A stretch of DNA of 64,000 nucleotides from Terracidiphilus sp. Its GTDB lineage: Bacteria > Acidobacteriota > Terriglobia > Terriglobales > Acidobacteriaceae. Shown piece after piece: positions 50,136 to 58,745 of the stretch; the first letter of the stretch is position 1; every line of letters starts with the position of its first letter. A program made the translations under genes and the position numbers. Below the pieces are notes generated by a model. That model saw nothing but the letters and a program-made list of their open reading frames with translations. It did no database searches and had not been told where the DNA came from. The stretch spans positions 82 through 64,081 of the forward strand of contig JBKQLG010000313.1 of NCBI GenBank assembly GCA_052147235.1. The letters are read 5' to 3'.

Positions 50136-50200
50136 ATCACTTGTGCCGCGCAAGCGGCGTCTGCCCCACCGCAGGTGGCTGCCGCACCGCAGGTGGCTGC
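50136..50200 (+). repeat. dispersed GC-rich intergenic repeat, copy A
   Basis: ATCAC-TTGTGCCGCGCAAGCGGCGTCTGCC core, including the hairpin GCCGC-GCAA-GCGGC (50145-50158). It is followed by two 18-nt sub-repeats (TGCC[C/G]CACCGCAGGTGGC). Confidence 0.85.
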
Positions 50201-50247
50201 AAGCGCTATCCTAGAGTGTCTGGCCAGATAGGCCACTGAGGAACTCC

Positions 50248-51666
50248 ATGCCCGATGATCCAATCACTCCTGCCGCGCAAGCGGCGTCTGCCGCACTGCA
50301 GGTGCCGTCCGCCGCACTGCAGGTGCCGTCCGCCGCACCGCAGGTGCCGCAGGTGGTCACTATCGCCACCATCGGCCGCCACGAAGGCCAGTCCGTCACC
50401 CTGCGCGGGTGGCTCTACAACCTCCGCGAGAGCGGCAAGCTGCTCTTCCCCATCTTCCGCGACGGCACCGGAACCATCCAGGGCGTGGCCCACATCAAGA
50501 GCGTGCCGGCTGAAGTCTTCGAGACGCTTAAAGGCCTGACGCAGGAGTCCAGCGTCATTGTCACCGGCAAGGTCCGCGCCGACAAGCGCGCGCCGGGAGG
50601 CTACGAGCTCGATGTCGAAGGCCTCCAGGTCGTCCAGCGCGTGCCGGAGGCCGACCCCTACCCCATCACCCTCAAGGAGCACGGCGTCGACTTCCTGATG
50701 GACCATCGCCACCTCTGGGTGCGCTCGCCTCGCCAGTCCGCAATCCTGCGCATCCGCGCCGAGATCATGAGAGCGGCGGCCGAGTATTTCGACAGCAACG
50801 GATTTATCAGGACCGACCCGCCAATCCTGACTCCGGCGGCCTGCGAGGGCACATCCACGCTCTTTCCGGTCGATTACTTCGGCGACCCGGCTTTTCTAAC
50901 TCAATCCGGGCAGTTATACATTGAATCCACCGCGCTGGCGCTGGGAAAGGTTTATAGCTTCGGCCCCACCTTCCGCGCCGAAAAATCCAAAACCCGCCGC
51001 CACCTCACCGAGTTCTGGATGATCGAGCCGGAGGTCGCCTTCATGGACCTCGACGGGCTGCTCGAGTTAGCCGAAAACTTCTTGTCGCATATCGTCCAAA
51101 GTGTCCTCAAGAATCGCGCCGCGGAGTTAGTTGTTATTGGCCGCGACCCCGCCAAGCTCGCATCCATCTGTCCGCCCTTTCCGCGTCTGCGCTATGACGA
51201 AGCCGCCGCAATGCTCAACCAGGCCTACAAGGACGGCCAGTTAGAAGCTCCCTTTGAATACGGCAACGACTTTGGCTCCCCGGATGAAACCTGGCTTAGC
51301 TCGCAATACGACCGCCCGGTGATGGTCCATCGCTACCCCGCCAACGTGAAGGCCTTTTACATGGAACCCGACCCCGCCGACGCGCGCTACGCCCTCTGCG
51401 TCGATGTGCTCGCCCCCGAAGGCTACGGCGAAATCATCGGCGGCTCGCAGCGTGTCTCGAGTTATGAGTTATTAAACTCCCGCATCGAGCAGCATAACCT
51501 GCCCAGGGAAGCCTTCCAGTGGTACCTGGACCTGCGCCGCTACGGCAGCGTCCCCCACAGCGGCTTCGGCATGGGCATCGAGCGCGCGGTCGCCTGGATC
51601 TGCGGCCTGGACCACGTCCGCGAAACCATCCCTTTCGCCCGCACCTTGCACCGCATCTACCCCTGA
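50248..51666 (+). CDS. asnS: asparagine--tRNA ligase
   Basis: Class IIb aaRS: OB-fold N-domain ([26 protein letters not shown]), motif 2 region [24 protein letters not shown], motif 3 [13 protein letters not shown]. The first ~35 codons are the repeat element. In-frame GTG codons at 50344 and 50353 are alternative starts. Confidence 0.9.
   Translation: MPDDPITPAAQAASAALQVPSAALQVPSAAPQVPQVVTIATIGRHEGQSVTLRGWLYNLRESGKLLFPIFRDGTGTIQGVAHIKSVPAEVFETLKGLTQESSVIVTGKVRADKRAPGGYELDVEGLQVVQRVPEADPYPITLKEHGVDFLMDHRHLWVRSPRQSAILRIRAEIMRAAAEYFDSNGFIRTDPPILTPAACEGTSTLFPVDYFGDPAFLTQSGQLYIESTALALGKVYSFGPTFRAEKSKTRRHLTEFWMIEPEVAFMDLDGLLELAENFLSHIVQSVLKNRAAELVVIGRDPAKLASICPPFPRLRYDEAAAMLNQAYKDGQLEAPFEYGNDFGSPDETWLSSQYDRPVMVHRYPANVKAFYMEPDPADARYALCVDVLAPEGYGEIIGGSQRVSSYELLNSRIEQHNLPREAFQWYLDLRRYGSVPHSGFGMGIERAVAWICGLDHVRETIPFARTLHRIYP
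50263..50360 (+). repeat. dispersed GC-rich repeat, copy B (inside the 5' end of the asnS ORF)
   Basis: ATCACTCC-TGCCGCGCAAGCGGCGTCTGCC core (hairpin 50272-50285). It is followed by 21-nt units GCCGCACTGCAGGTGCCGTCC at 50290-50310 and 50311-50331, plus a partial third. Confidence 0.85.
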
Positions 51667-51726
51667 TCTCACCCTTCAGACGGATACACCGGCTCTCGTC
51701 TTTGCAGCCCTGGTACCCGCCAATAG

Positions 51727-53454
51727 GTGATGCAGATCACAGTCCGACGGCTGCCTAAGCGCGAATCATCGATCATGTACGGTAAGCATCCGCGCGTGTG
51801 GAGGCATTGCTTGAGTCCGTCCCGATTGCCCAGGTTACGTAGAATCTCGCAGATCGTTTTCCTGATGCTCTTTCTCGGGTTGCTGTTCTTCACCTCGTGG
51901 AGCCTCTTTCCCGGAGGCACGACGGAGATACACCTGAGCGCGCCGGTGCGGTTGTTCTTCGAGTGGGATCCGCTGGTGGCGCTGGTCAATGCGCTGGCCG
52001 GACACGCGCTCTATCGCGGCCTCATCTGGTGCCTTGTCATCCTCGTGCCCACGCTCTTTCTGGGCCGCTTCTTCTGCGGTTGGATCTGCCCGATGGGCAC
52101 GCTGCAGCACTTCGTCGGCAATTTTCCCTCGGAGGCCAAGCGGGGTAAGCAGCGCATCGAGGCCAACCGCTACAAGCGCTGGCAGACCTGGAAGTATCTT
52201 GTCCTGATCGCCGGGCTCGTCGCGGCCTGCTTCGGCTCGGCGGCGCTGGGCTGGCTTGATCCCTTCAGTTTGCTGGTGCGATCCTTCGGCCTGTCATTTC
52301 TGCCGGCGATCAACGCCGCCGCGCGCGCTATCTTCACCCCGCTCGAACACAGCCACATTGCGGCGATCAAAGCGACCGGCGGGACGCTGCACTCAATTCT
52401 GCAAGTTCTGGTACTCGATCTGCGCCAGCCGCACTACCAGCAAGGGTTGGTGCTGGGGATTCTGTTTATCGCGATTCTTGCGGCCAGCTTGCGCGTGACA
52501 CGGTTCTGGTGCCGCGCGATTTGCCCGCTGGGGGCGCTGCTGGGAGCGGTCTCGCGCTGGTCGATTCTGGGGCTGCACAAAGACCCTGCCGCCTGCGACA
52601 AATGCAATCGCTGCCTGCTCCACTGCCAGGGCGGCGACGATCCCATCGGCGGCGCGCCGTGGCGCAAGGCCGAGTGCTTGATGTGCATGAACTGTGTGGA
52701 CAGTTGCCCGCACGACAGCCTGCAATTCAAGTTCTTTCGCAACGAAGCCGAAGTCGCATCGCCCGACCTGGGCCGTCGCCGCACGTTCGCCGGCGTTGCC
52801 GCCGGAGCCGCGATTGTTCCGCTGATGCGCGCGAACACCGGCCTGGGCAAGAGCCGCCATGAACGGCTGCTGCGCCCGCCCGGCTCGCTCGACGAGCCTG
52901 ACTTCCTCTCCCGCTGCATTCGTTGCGGCGAGTGCATGAAGGCCTGCCCCAACAACGCGCTGCATCCCACGCTCGATCAGGCCGGCCTGGAGGGATTGTG
53001 GTCGCCCACACTGGTGCCGCGCATCGGCTACTGCGAGCCGAGTTGCGTGCTCTGCTCGGAGGTTTGCCCCACCGGCGCAATCTGGCAGATCACGCCCAGG
53101 GAAAAAGGCTGGGTCGTCGGCGTAGGCGCACAGCAGCAGAACCAGCCGATCCGATTGGGCACTGCGTTTTATGACCGCGGCCGTTGCCTGCCGTGGGCGT
53201 TGGCCACCGAGTGCATCGTCTGCGAGGAGTGGTGCCCGGTCTCGCCCAAGGCGATTTATGTGCAGGAGGCGCAGGTCATCGATTCCGCGGGCAACACTAA
53301 GACGCTGAAGCAGCCGCGCGTCGATCCCAGCCGCTGCGTGGGCTGCGGCGCTTGCGAGTATGCCTGCCCGTTGCAGGAGCACCCCGCCGTCTACGTCACC
53401 AGTATCGGCGAAAGCCGCTCACCAAGCAGTCAAATTTTGCTCAACAGAAAATAA
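51727..53454 (+). CDS. NapH/MauN/NosR-like membrane polyferredoxin (multiple 4Fe-4S motifs)
   Basis: N-terminal helices carry two CxxxCP motifs (FFCGWICPMG, WCRAICPLG). At least six Cys-cluster motifs follow: CDKCNRCLLHC, CLMCMNCVDSCP, CIRCGECMKACP, CVLCSEVCP, CIVCEEWCP, CVGCGACEYACP. Confidence 0.8.
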   Translation: MMQITVRRLPKRESSIMYGKHPRVWRHCLSPSRLPRLRRISQIVFLMLFLGLLFFTSWSLFPGGTTEIHLSAPVRLFFEWDPLVALVNALAGHALYRGLIWCLVILVPTLFLGRFFCGWICPMGTLQHFVGNFPSEAKRGKQRIEANRYKRWQTWKYLVLIAGLVAACFGSAALGWLDPFSLLVRSFGLSFLPAINAAARAIFTPLEHSHIAAIKATGGTLHSILQVLVLDLRQPHYQQGLVLGILFIAILAASLRVTRFWCRAICPLGALLGAVSRWSILGLHKDPAACDKCNRCLLHCQGGDDPIGGAPWRKAECLMCMNCVDSCPHDSLQFKFFRNEAEVASPDLGRRRTFAGVAAGAAIVPLMRANTGLGKSRHERLLRPPGSLDEPDFLSRCIRCGECMKACPNNALHPTLDQAGLEGLWSPTLVPRIGYCEPSCVLCSEVCPTGAIWQITPREKGWVVGVGAQQQNQPIRLGTAFYDRGRCLPWALATECIVCEEWCPVSPKAIYVQEAQVIDSAGNTKTLKQPRVDPSRCVGCGACEYACPLQEHPAVYVTSIGESRSPSSQILLNRK

Positions 53455-53467
53455 AGGAGACTTTTCT

Positions 53468-53965
53468 ATGAAATATTACTCAATGAAATTGATGCTGGCC
53501 GTCGCGGCAATTATTATTGTCGCTGCTGCGGCCGGTACAGGATGCAAGAAGAAGATCGTCGATCCCTTCCCCGCGTCGGGCGCTGTTGCCGGCTGGGAAA
53601 AAACCAGCGAGACCCGCGTCTTTGCCGCCAAGGACTTGTGGCAGTACATCGACGGCGATGCCGAGCAGTACCTCTCGGCCGGAGTGATCTCCACATCCAC
53701 ATCCGACTACAAGTATCAAGGTCTGTTGGAGGCGACCGTGGACGTGTACACGATGAAGGATGCGGCCGGAGCGAGCAAGATCATGGAGAAAGGGCAGTCC
53801 AAGGAGGCGCAGACGGTGCAACTGGGCGATGCGGGTTTGGCCTATGCGCAGAGCATCACCTTCCGCAAAGGCCCAACGCTGGTGCGCATCACGGCTTACG
53901 AGTCCGCGCCCAACGCGCAAGCTGTTCTGCTGGCCCTGGCGCATGGCGTGGAAGCGAAACTGTAA
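53468..53965 (+). CDS. hypothetical lipoprotein
   Basis: The ATG at 53468 gives MKYYSMKLMLAVAAIIIVAAAAGTGC with a lipobox-like AGTGC. 165 aa, no family recognised. It sits between the polyferredoxin and the DUF362 genes. Confidence 0.6.
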   Translation: MKYYSMKLMLAVAAIIIVAAAAGTGCKKKIVDPFPASGAVAGWEKTSETRVFAAKDLWQYIDGDAEQYLSAGVISTSTSDYKYQGLLEATVDVYTMKDAAGASKIMEKGQSKEAQTVQLGDAGLAYAQSITFRKGPTLVRITAYESAPNAQAVLLALAHGVEAKL

Positions 53966-54006
53966 ATGAAAACATTGATATTCAACGCAGAGAAGCGAGG
54001 ATTACG

Positions 54007-55002
54007 ATGAATAACCGCCGTGATTTCATGAAGACCGCAGCCGCGGGAGCCGTGCTGCTCAGTTCGAACAGCAAGCTGGGCCTGGCCGCAACGCTCGACA
54101 CGCATGCCGAGAGCGGCAAATCCAAAGTCGTGGTGGCGCGCGACCCTGCACTGCATGATGCCAGCGGGCAATTGGATGAGAAGCGCGTGCAGGCTCTGCT
54201 CGACCGCGCCATTGCCTCGTACACGGGCCGCAACAAGCCCATCGAGGCATGGAAGCAAATTGTCCCGGTCGGCAAGGTGATCGGCCTCAAGGTCAACGGC
54301 CTGGGCGGCAAGGGCATCTCGACTCATGCTGCACTGGTGATGGCCATCTGCGAGCGGCTGCAGCAGGCGGGCGTGAAACCGGGAGAGATTATCGTCTGGG
54401 AGCGGGATGCCCGCAGCCTTCAGGCCTGCGGACTCACCGTGAACACCGATCCCAGCCGCATTCGCGTCTTCGGCAATGATGTAGCCGGTTATGAAGATCA
54501 GCCAGTGGCGTTCGGCACAATCAGCGTCAAGCTGGCCAAGATTCTCACCCGCGAGTGCGCGATGGTGATCAATCTGCCCATTCTCAAGGACCACGAAATG
54601 GCAGGCGTCACCTTCTCAATGAAGAATATGTACGGCGTCGTGCAGAAGCCGTTTGAACTTCATGCGAACAACTGCAATCCCGCCGTCGCCGACCTGAATT
54701 GCATCTCCACCGTTCGCGAGAAGGTTCGCTTCACTATCGGAGACGCGATGTCGTCGGTCTATGATGGCGGGCCGGGCTTCCGCCCGGAGCGTCTCTGGCA
54801 GCCGAATGCGCTCATCGTTGGCGAGGATCGCGTCGCCGTCGATCACACCGCATGGCAGATGATCGCACGCAAGCGCGCCGAGGTGGGCATAGAGACGCTG
54901 GAAGCCGTGGGCCGTCCTCCGAGCTACATTGTAACTGCTGCTGACAAGGCTCACAATCTGGGCACGAATGATCCCCAGCGCATTCATTTGATTGAAGTCT
55001 GA
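54007..55002 (+). CDS. DUF362 domain protein with a Tat signal peptide
   Basis: MNNRRDFMKTAAAGAVLLSS looks like a Tat signal. The DUF362 core is VIGLKVNGLG...NLPILKDHEMAGVTFSMKNMYG. The track ORF starting at 53542 is an out-of-frame N-terminal artefact. Confidence 0.75.
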   Translation: MNNRRDFMKTAAAGAVLLSSNSKLGLAATLDTHAESGKSKVVVARDPALHDASGQLDEKRVQALLDRAIASYTGRNKPIEAWKQIVPVGKVIGLKVNGLGGKGISTHAALVMAICERLQQAGVKPGEIIVWERDARSLQACGLTVNTDPSRIRVFGNDVAGYEDQPVAFGTISVKLAKILTRECAMVINLPILKDHEMAGVTFSMKNMYGVVQKPFELHANNCNPAVADLNCISTVREKVRFTIGDAMSSVYDGGPGFRPERLWQPNALIVGEDRVAVDHTAWQMIARKRAEVGIETLEAVGRPPSYIVTAADKAHNLGTNDPQRIHLIEV

Positions 55003-55017
55003 CCGGGGAGGATCACC

Positions 55018-56037
55018 ATGGCCGCGGAAAACGATCGCAAGCCGGAAGAGATGCAAGGCGCAGCGCAAGGCCTCACGCGCCGCGAGGCTCTGCTGCAACT
55101 GCTGCGCGTAGGTGGTGTGGCGGCAGGCGCAACGGGTGCGGCCGTCTGGCTCAGCGAGCACAGCTTCCGTCCGCTCCCGGCGCAGGCCGAGCAGGCGCGT
55201 CGCGACCATCGCATCGCGTCCGATCCGCAATGGCCGCATCTCACCGTAGTCCAGAACGGCGAACCGCGCGCGCTGGTGGCTCAGGCGCTCGAAAATCTGG
55301 GCGGCATTCGTCGCTTCGTCAGCCGCCAGGACGTTGTCGTCATCAAGCCCAACATCGCCTGGGACCGCACCCCGGAGCAGGCCGCCAACACCAACCCCGA
55401 TCTGGTCGCCGAGATGGTCCGCCAGTGCTGGCAGGCCGGCGCCAAGCGCGTCATCGTCACCGACGTAAGTTGCAACGAGGCTCGACGCTGCTTCCATCGC
55501 TCCGGCATTCAGGCCGCGGCGCTCGCCGAGCACGCCGAGGTCATCCTGCCCGATCCCGAGCTCTTCCGCGAAGTGGAGGTGGGCGGCGTGGTGCTGAAGA
55601 GCTGGCCCATCTTCACGCCCTTCCTCGAAGCCGATAAAATCTTCAACCTGCCCATCGCCAAGCATCACGTCCTCACCGGCGCAACGCTGGGTATGAAGAA
55701 CTGGTACGGGATCCTCGGCGGCGAGCGCAACCGCCTGCACCAGCAGATTCATCAGAGCCTCGCCGATCTGGCCAGTTTCATGCTGCCCACGCTCACGATG
55801 CTCGACTGCTACCGCATTCTGCTGCGCAACGGCCCCACTGGCGGCAACCTCGAAGACGTAGCGACAAAGAAGACCATCATCGCCGGAACCGATCCGGTGG
55901 CCATCGACGCCTATGCAGCCAAGGCTTACTGGAATCTCGACCCCGCGCAGATGCCTTACCTGGAGATGGCCGCCGCGCGCGGCCTGGGCACCGTGGACTT
56001 CGATAAGTTGCAGGTGAAGGTCAGCCAGCTGGGGTAG
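55018..56037 (+). CDS. DUF362 domain protein (second paralog, Tat-like N-terminus)
   Basis: LTRREALLQLLRVGGVAAGATGAAVWL, then VVIKPNIAWDRTPEQAANTNPDLV...NLPIAKHHVLTGATLGMKNWYG, which parallels the upstream paralog. Confidence 0.75.
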   Translation: MAAENDRKPEEMQGAAQGLTRREALLQLLRVGGVAAGATGAAVWLSEHSFRPLPAQAEQARRDHRIASDPQWPHLTVVQNGEPRALVAQALENLGGIRRFVSRQDVVVIKPNIAWDRTPEQAANTNPDLVAEMVRQCWQAGAKRVIVTDVSCNEARRCFHRSGIQAAALAEHAEVILPDPELFREVEVGGVVLKSWPIFTPFLEADKIFNLPIAKHHVLTGATLGMKNWYGILGGERNRLHQQIHQSLADLASFMLPTLTMLDCYRILLRNGPTGGNLEDVATKKTIIAGTDPVAIDAYAAKAYWNLDPAQMPYLEMAAARGLGTVDFDKLQVKVSQLG

Positions 56038-56128
56038 CCACTTGCGGTGGGGCCAAGGGCTCGCTATTCGCTCGCATGGAGTTTATGGTTTCCAGCTTCG
56101 AAAATTCGGACCTGGGGCGCCCGGAGGC

Positions 56129-57628
56129 TCACTCCGTCCCAACAGGCGCTGTGAAGTCGCGCAGATCGAAGATTCTGAATTTTTCTTCGCCCGGCGCTTT
56201 AACCTGCAATATCAGAGCCACCGAGTCCGGAGGTCCCTGGAAATAGGGAACATGGATGGTGTGTTTGCCCGCAGTGAGCGTCATGTGACCGTCTTTGCTC
56301 AACGCCGCATGAACGCTATCCAGATCGATGACCGGTTGGTCGTCTATATAGAGCCGCGAACCATCATCGGAAGTCAATCTGAAATCGTATTCGCCCGGCG
56401 TGGCGACCCAGAATTCACCGTGATAATCGATGCCAAACCACGCGGTTCGGTTGGTGACTCCTGGAATGCCTTCGGTTCTTGTCACGACTTGATCCGGCAC
56501 AGCCAGCCAATCTGTGTAAAGCGAGCCAATCGGATCCAAATCCCAAAAGTCGGGCAGACCCCCTGTTAAAGTCGAAAGTTCATAGACATCGCCGCAGAAT
56601 GTCCCGGGCCGGGGCACAACGGATCCGAAGCCGCGAATGGAGCCATACGGCGGCTTCGTTTTCTTTTGTTTTACTCCATTGTTAACCGGCGGCAGCGGAC
56701 GAACAACGTCGAGCGAGCCCAGATTTCCCGTCACACGATCGCGCACCACAAAGCGTGTTAGAGTGGGCTGTTTCGCTCCCTGAATATCCAGCAGATTCGG
56801 CAAACCGTGCAGCAGAGCCCGTTCGTATTCCAACTGGTTCAGCACACGCTCCACCGATGTGTGCATATATTCCATCGGCGCTCCATCCTCATCGAAGGTG
56901 CAGATGCCGTAGTCGAGCTGCACGCGGCGCGTTTCGTCCGTCAATGCGATAAACGCCAGCGAGTCGCCCTGAATGACGAGAGAATAGCGCAGAGATGCTT
57001 TCTTTGGCGCTGGAACAAACCGGGCGATGAGCGAAATCGAAGAAGGGAGCGCGGAGTGGTAACACGCGGCATCCCGCAAGGAACCGCTGACATCGCCTTG
57101 ATGCTGTGGCTGCGCGGGTGCAGCGGTCTCGCCGACGTAGTACCGGCGGCGGAACGAAAGTGTTATATGCGGACGGCTGGTGGTGACAAGAATCTCGTGA
57201 TAGCCGCTCTCTGAGCTTGCCGGATAGACAAGCTCATAGTGCATTGTTGTGTTGACCGCGCATCCGCCTCCCGATGTGAGCCGGAAACCGGTCGAGGGCT
57301 GCTCGGCGCGCTCATTGGCCTTTGCCGGATCGATCACGTGAAAGGCCAGGATGCTCTTTGGCAGCTTATGTGAGTGCTTCCCGATCTCCATCACTTGCAA
57401 CTCGTCTTCCTTAAGGTCGTTGACGGGATGGTTGTGCCGGTCTCTGGCCACCACCTCGACTACCACTTCGCGCGTAGTCATTTTAAGGACATAGGGCGTG
57501 TCGGCTTGAGTTCCACTCTCGCTTGAAGGTTGTGTGACCTGACCAAGTGCGCAATCCGGCGCGAAAGCGAGAACCAGCAACAGGCCGGCAAACGACCCGC
57601 CGGCAAGTATGCGGCGCAGAGCATCCAT
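56129..57628 (-). CDS. secreted protein: 'VWFA-related acidobacterial' N-domain plus C-terminal PA14-like domain
   Basis: The probable start is the ATG at 57628 after GGAGA (the track start is 57685). Signal peptide ...LVLAFAPDCALGQ. The N-domain LKMTTREVVVEVVARDRHNHPVNDLKEDELQVMEIGK resembles the TIGR03436-type domain. The C-terminus GEYDFRLTSDDGSRLYIDDQPVIDLD...LTAGKHTIHVPYFQG is PA14/GLEYA-like. Confidence 0.7.
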   Translation of the reverse strand: MDALRRILAGGSFAGLLLVLAFAPDCALGQVTQPSSESGTQADTPYVLKMTTREVVVEVVARDRHNHPVNDLKEDELQVMEIGKHSHKLPKSILAFHVIDPAKANERAEQPSTGFRLTSGGGCAVNTTMHYELVYPASSESGYHEILVTTSRPHITLSFRRRYYVGETAAPAQPQHQGDVSGSLRDAACYHSALPSSISLIARFVPAPKKASLRYSLVIQGDSLAFIALTDETRRVQLDYGICTFDEDGAPMEYMHTSVERVLNQLEYERALLHGLPNLLDIQGAKQPTLTRFVVRDRVTGNLGSLDVVRPLPPVNNGVKQKKTKPPYGSIRGFGSVVPRPGTFCGDVYELSTLTGGLPDFWDLDPIGSLYTDWLAVPDQVVTRTEGIPGVTNRTAWFGIDYHGEFWVATPGEYDFRLTSDDGSRLYIDDQPVIDLDSVHAALSKDGHMTLTAGKHTIHVPYFQGPPDSVALILQVKAPGEEKFRIFDLRDFTAPVGTE

Positions 57629-57798
57629 GTAGGGTCTCCGGGAAACAGTGTTGACAGCGGCAATCTGAAATCGTATCGCCTTCAACTGACGTTTCGCAAT
57701 GTTGAGCTTGAAAGATTATTCCTGAAAGTGAAATACCATTGAATCAAATCCGGAAATCTGCGCTACAATGTTTACAAAAGCTACAAACAGAGGAAACG

Positions 57799-58245
57799 AT
57801 GGCTAAAGAAGCTGCTTCAATGGTTGTGAGTATGCGCCTGCCGACAGAGAGCGCAAAACGCCTGCGCCGCATGGCGAACCGGCATGGATGGACCCCCAGC
57901 GACGCCAGCGCAAGGCTGGTGGAGGAGGGCCTGCGCCGCACCGAGTTTGCCTTCATTGACTTTCGCGATACGCCGGCGGGTAGGCAAGCCTGCATCCAGG
58001 CCAGTTCGCTGGCGGTGTGGGAGATCATGCAACTGGTGCGCAGTTACAAAGGTGACGTTGCCGCCGTGGCCAAGCATCTCGGTTGGCCGTTGGTGAAGAT
58101 TCAGGCCGCGATCCACTACGCGGAAGCCTACCCCCAGGAGATCAACGAAGCGATCACCGAGAACAGCGAGACGGAATTTGCGGCTCTGAAACAGATGCTG
58201 CCGCAGACCGTCGAGTTCGTTCCCAAGAGGCCGGCGAAGCGCTAA
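57799..58245 (+). CDS. putative antitoxin (RHH-like N-terminus + DUF433-like domain)
   Basis: The ATG at 57799 gives MAKEAASMVVSMRLPTESAKRLRRMA (ribbon-helix-helix-like). A DUF433-like segment follows: GRQACIQASSLAVWEIMQLVRSYKGDVAAVAKHLGWPLVKIQAAIHYAEAYPQEI. It ends 1 nt before the partner gene. Confidence 0.6.
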   Translation: MAKEAASMVVSMRLPTESAKRLRRMANRHGWTPSDASARLVEEGLRRTEFAFIDFRDTPAGRQACIQASSLAVWEIMQLVRSYKGDVAAVAKHLGWPLVKIQAAIHYAEAYPQEINEAITENSETEFAALKQMLPQTVEFVPKRPAKR

Positions 58246-58246
58246 T

Positions 58247-58615
58247 ATGCTCAAACTGCTCCTCGATGAAGAGATCTCGCCAAGTGTGTCCGCCGGTTTG
58301 CGCCGCCGCGGTGGAGCGATCTCCGTCTTCGCGATGACGGAGTGGGAGGGTGGTAACTTTGTGGGCAAGGATGCATCCGATATCCTGCGCGAAGCCGCCG
58401 ATCAGGAATTGACGCTCGTCACCTATGAACGACTTACGATTCCTTCCATTCTCAAAGCCTGGTCGGAGGAAGAATGCCTGCATGGCGGGGTCATCTTTGT
58501 GGACGAGAAGGCCATTTCACCGGCGGAGACCGGCGAGTTGGTCACCGCTTTGGCCAGAGTGCAGGATGAGGCCGCTAGCTGGGAGTGGACCAACCGGGTG
58601 ACGTTACTGCGCTAG
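58247..58615 (+). CDS. DUF5615 (PIN-like) family putative toxin
   Basis: The MLKLLLDEEISPSV..GLRRRG N-terminus is typical of DUF5615 proteins that pair with DUF433 partners. Confidence 0.6.
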   Translation: MLKLLLDEEISPSVSAGLRRRGGAISVFAMTEWEGGNFVGKDASDILREAADQELTLVTYERLTIPSILKAWSEEECLHGGVIFVDEKAISPAETGELVTALARVQDEAASWEWTNRVTLLR

Positions 58616-58668
58616 CCATTAAGAGTGGGCAATCCCAGCTCTGAAAACCCAGACCTGGGCACCTATCA

Positions 58669-58745
58669 ATCACTCCTGCCAGCCCTGCCGCGCAAGCGGC
58701 GTCTGCCGCACCGCTGGTGCCGTCTGCAGCACCGCAGGTGGTTAC
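58669..58745 (+). repeat. dispersed GC-rich intergenic repeat, copy C
   Basis: ATCACTCCTGCC-AGCCC-TGCCGCGCAAGCGGCGTCTGCCGCACCGC..., with the hairpin GCCGC-GCAA-GCGGC at 58687-58700. It ends in ACCGCAGGTGGTTAC, like copy B. It lies between convergent genes. Confidence 0.85.

Noticed and set aside
53542-54006. N-terminal 155 codons of the 486-aa ORF track entry
   Set aside because: This part overlaps the lipoprotein gene in another frame and is Arg/Gly-rich. The DUF362 protein starts convincingly at the ATG at 54007 with a Tat signal.
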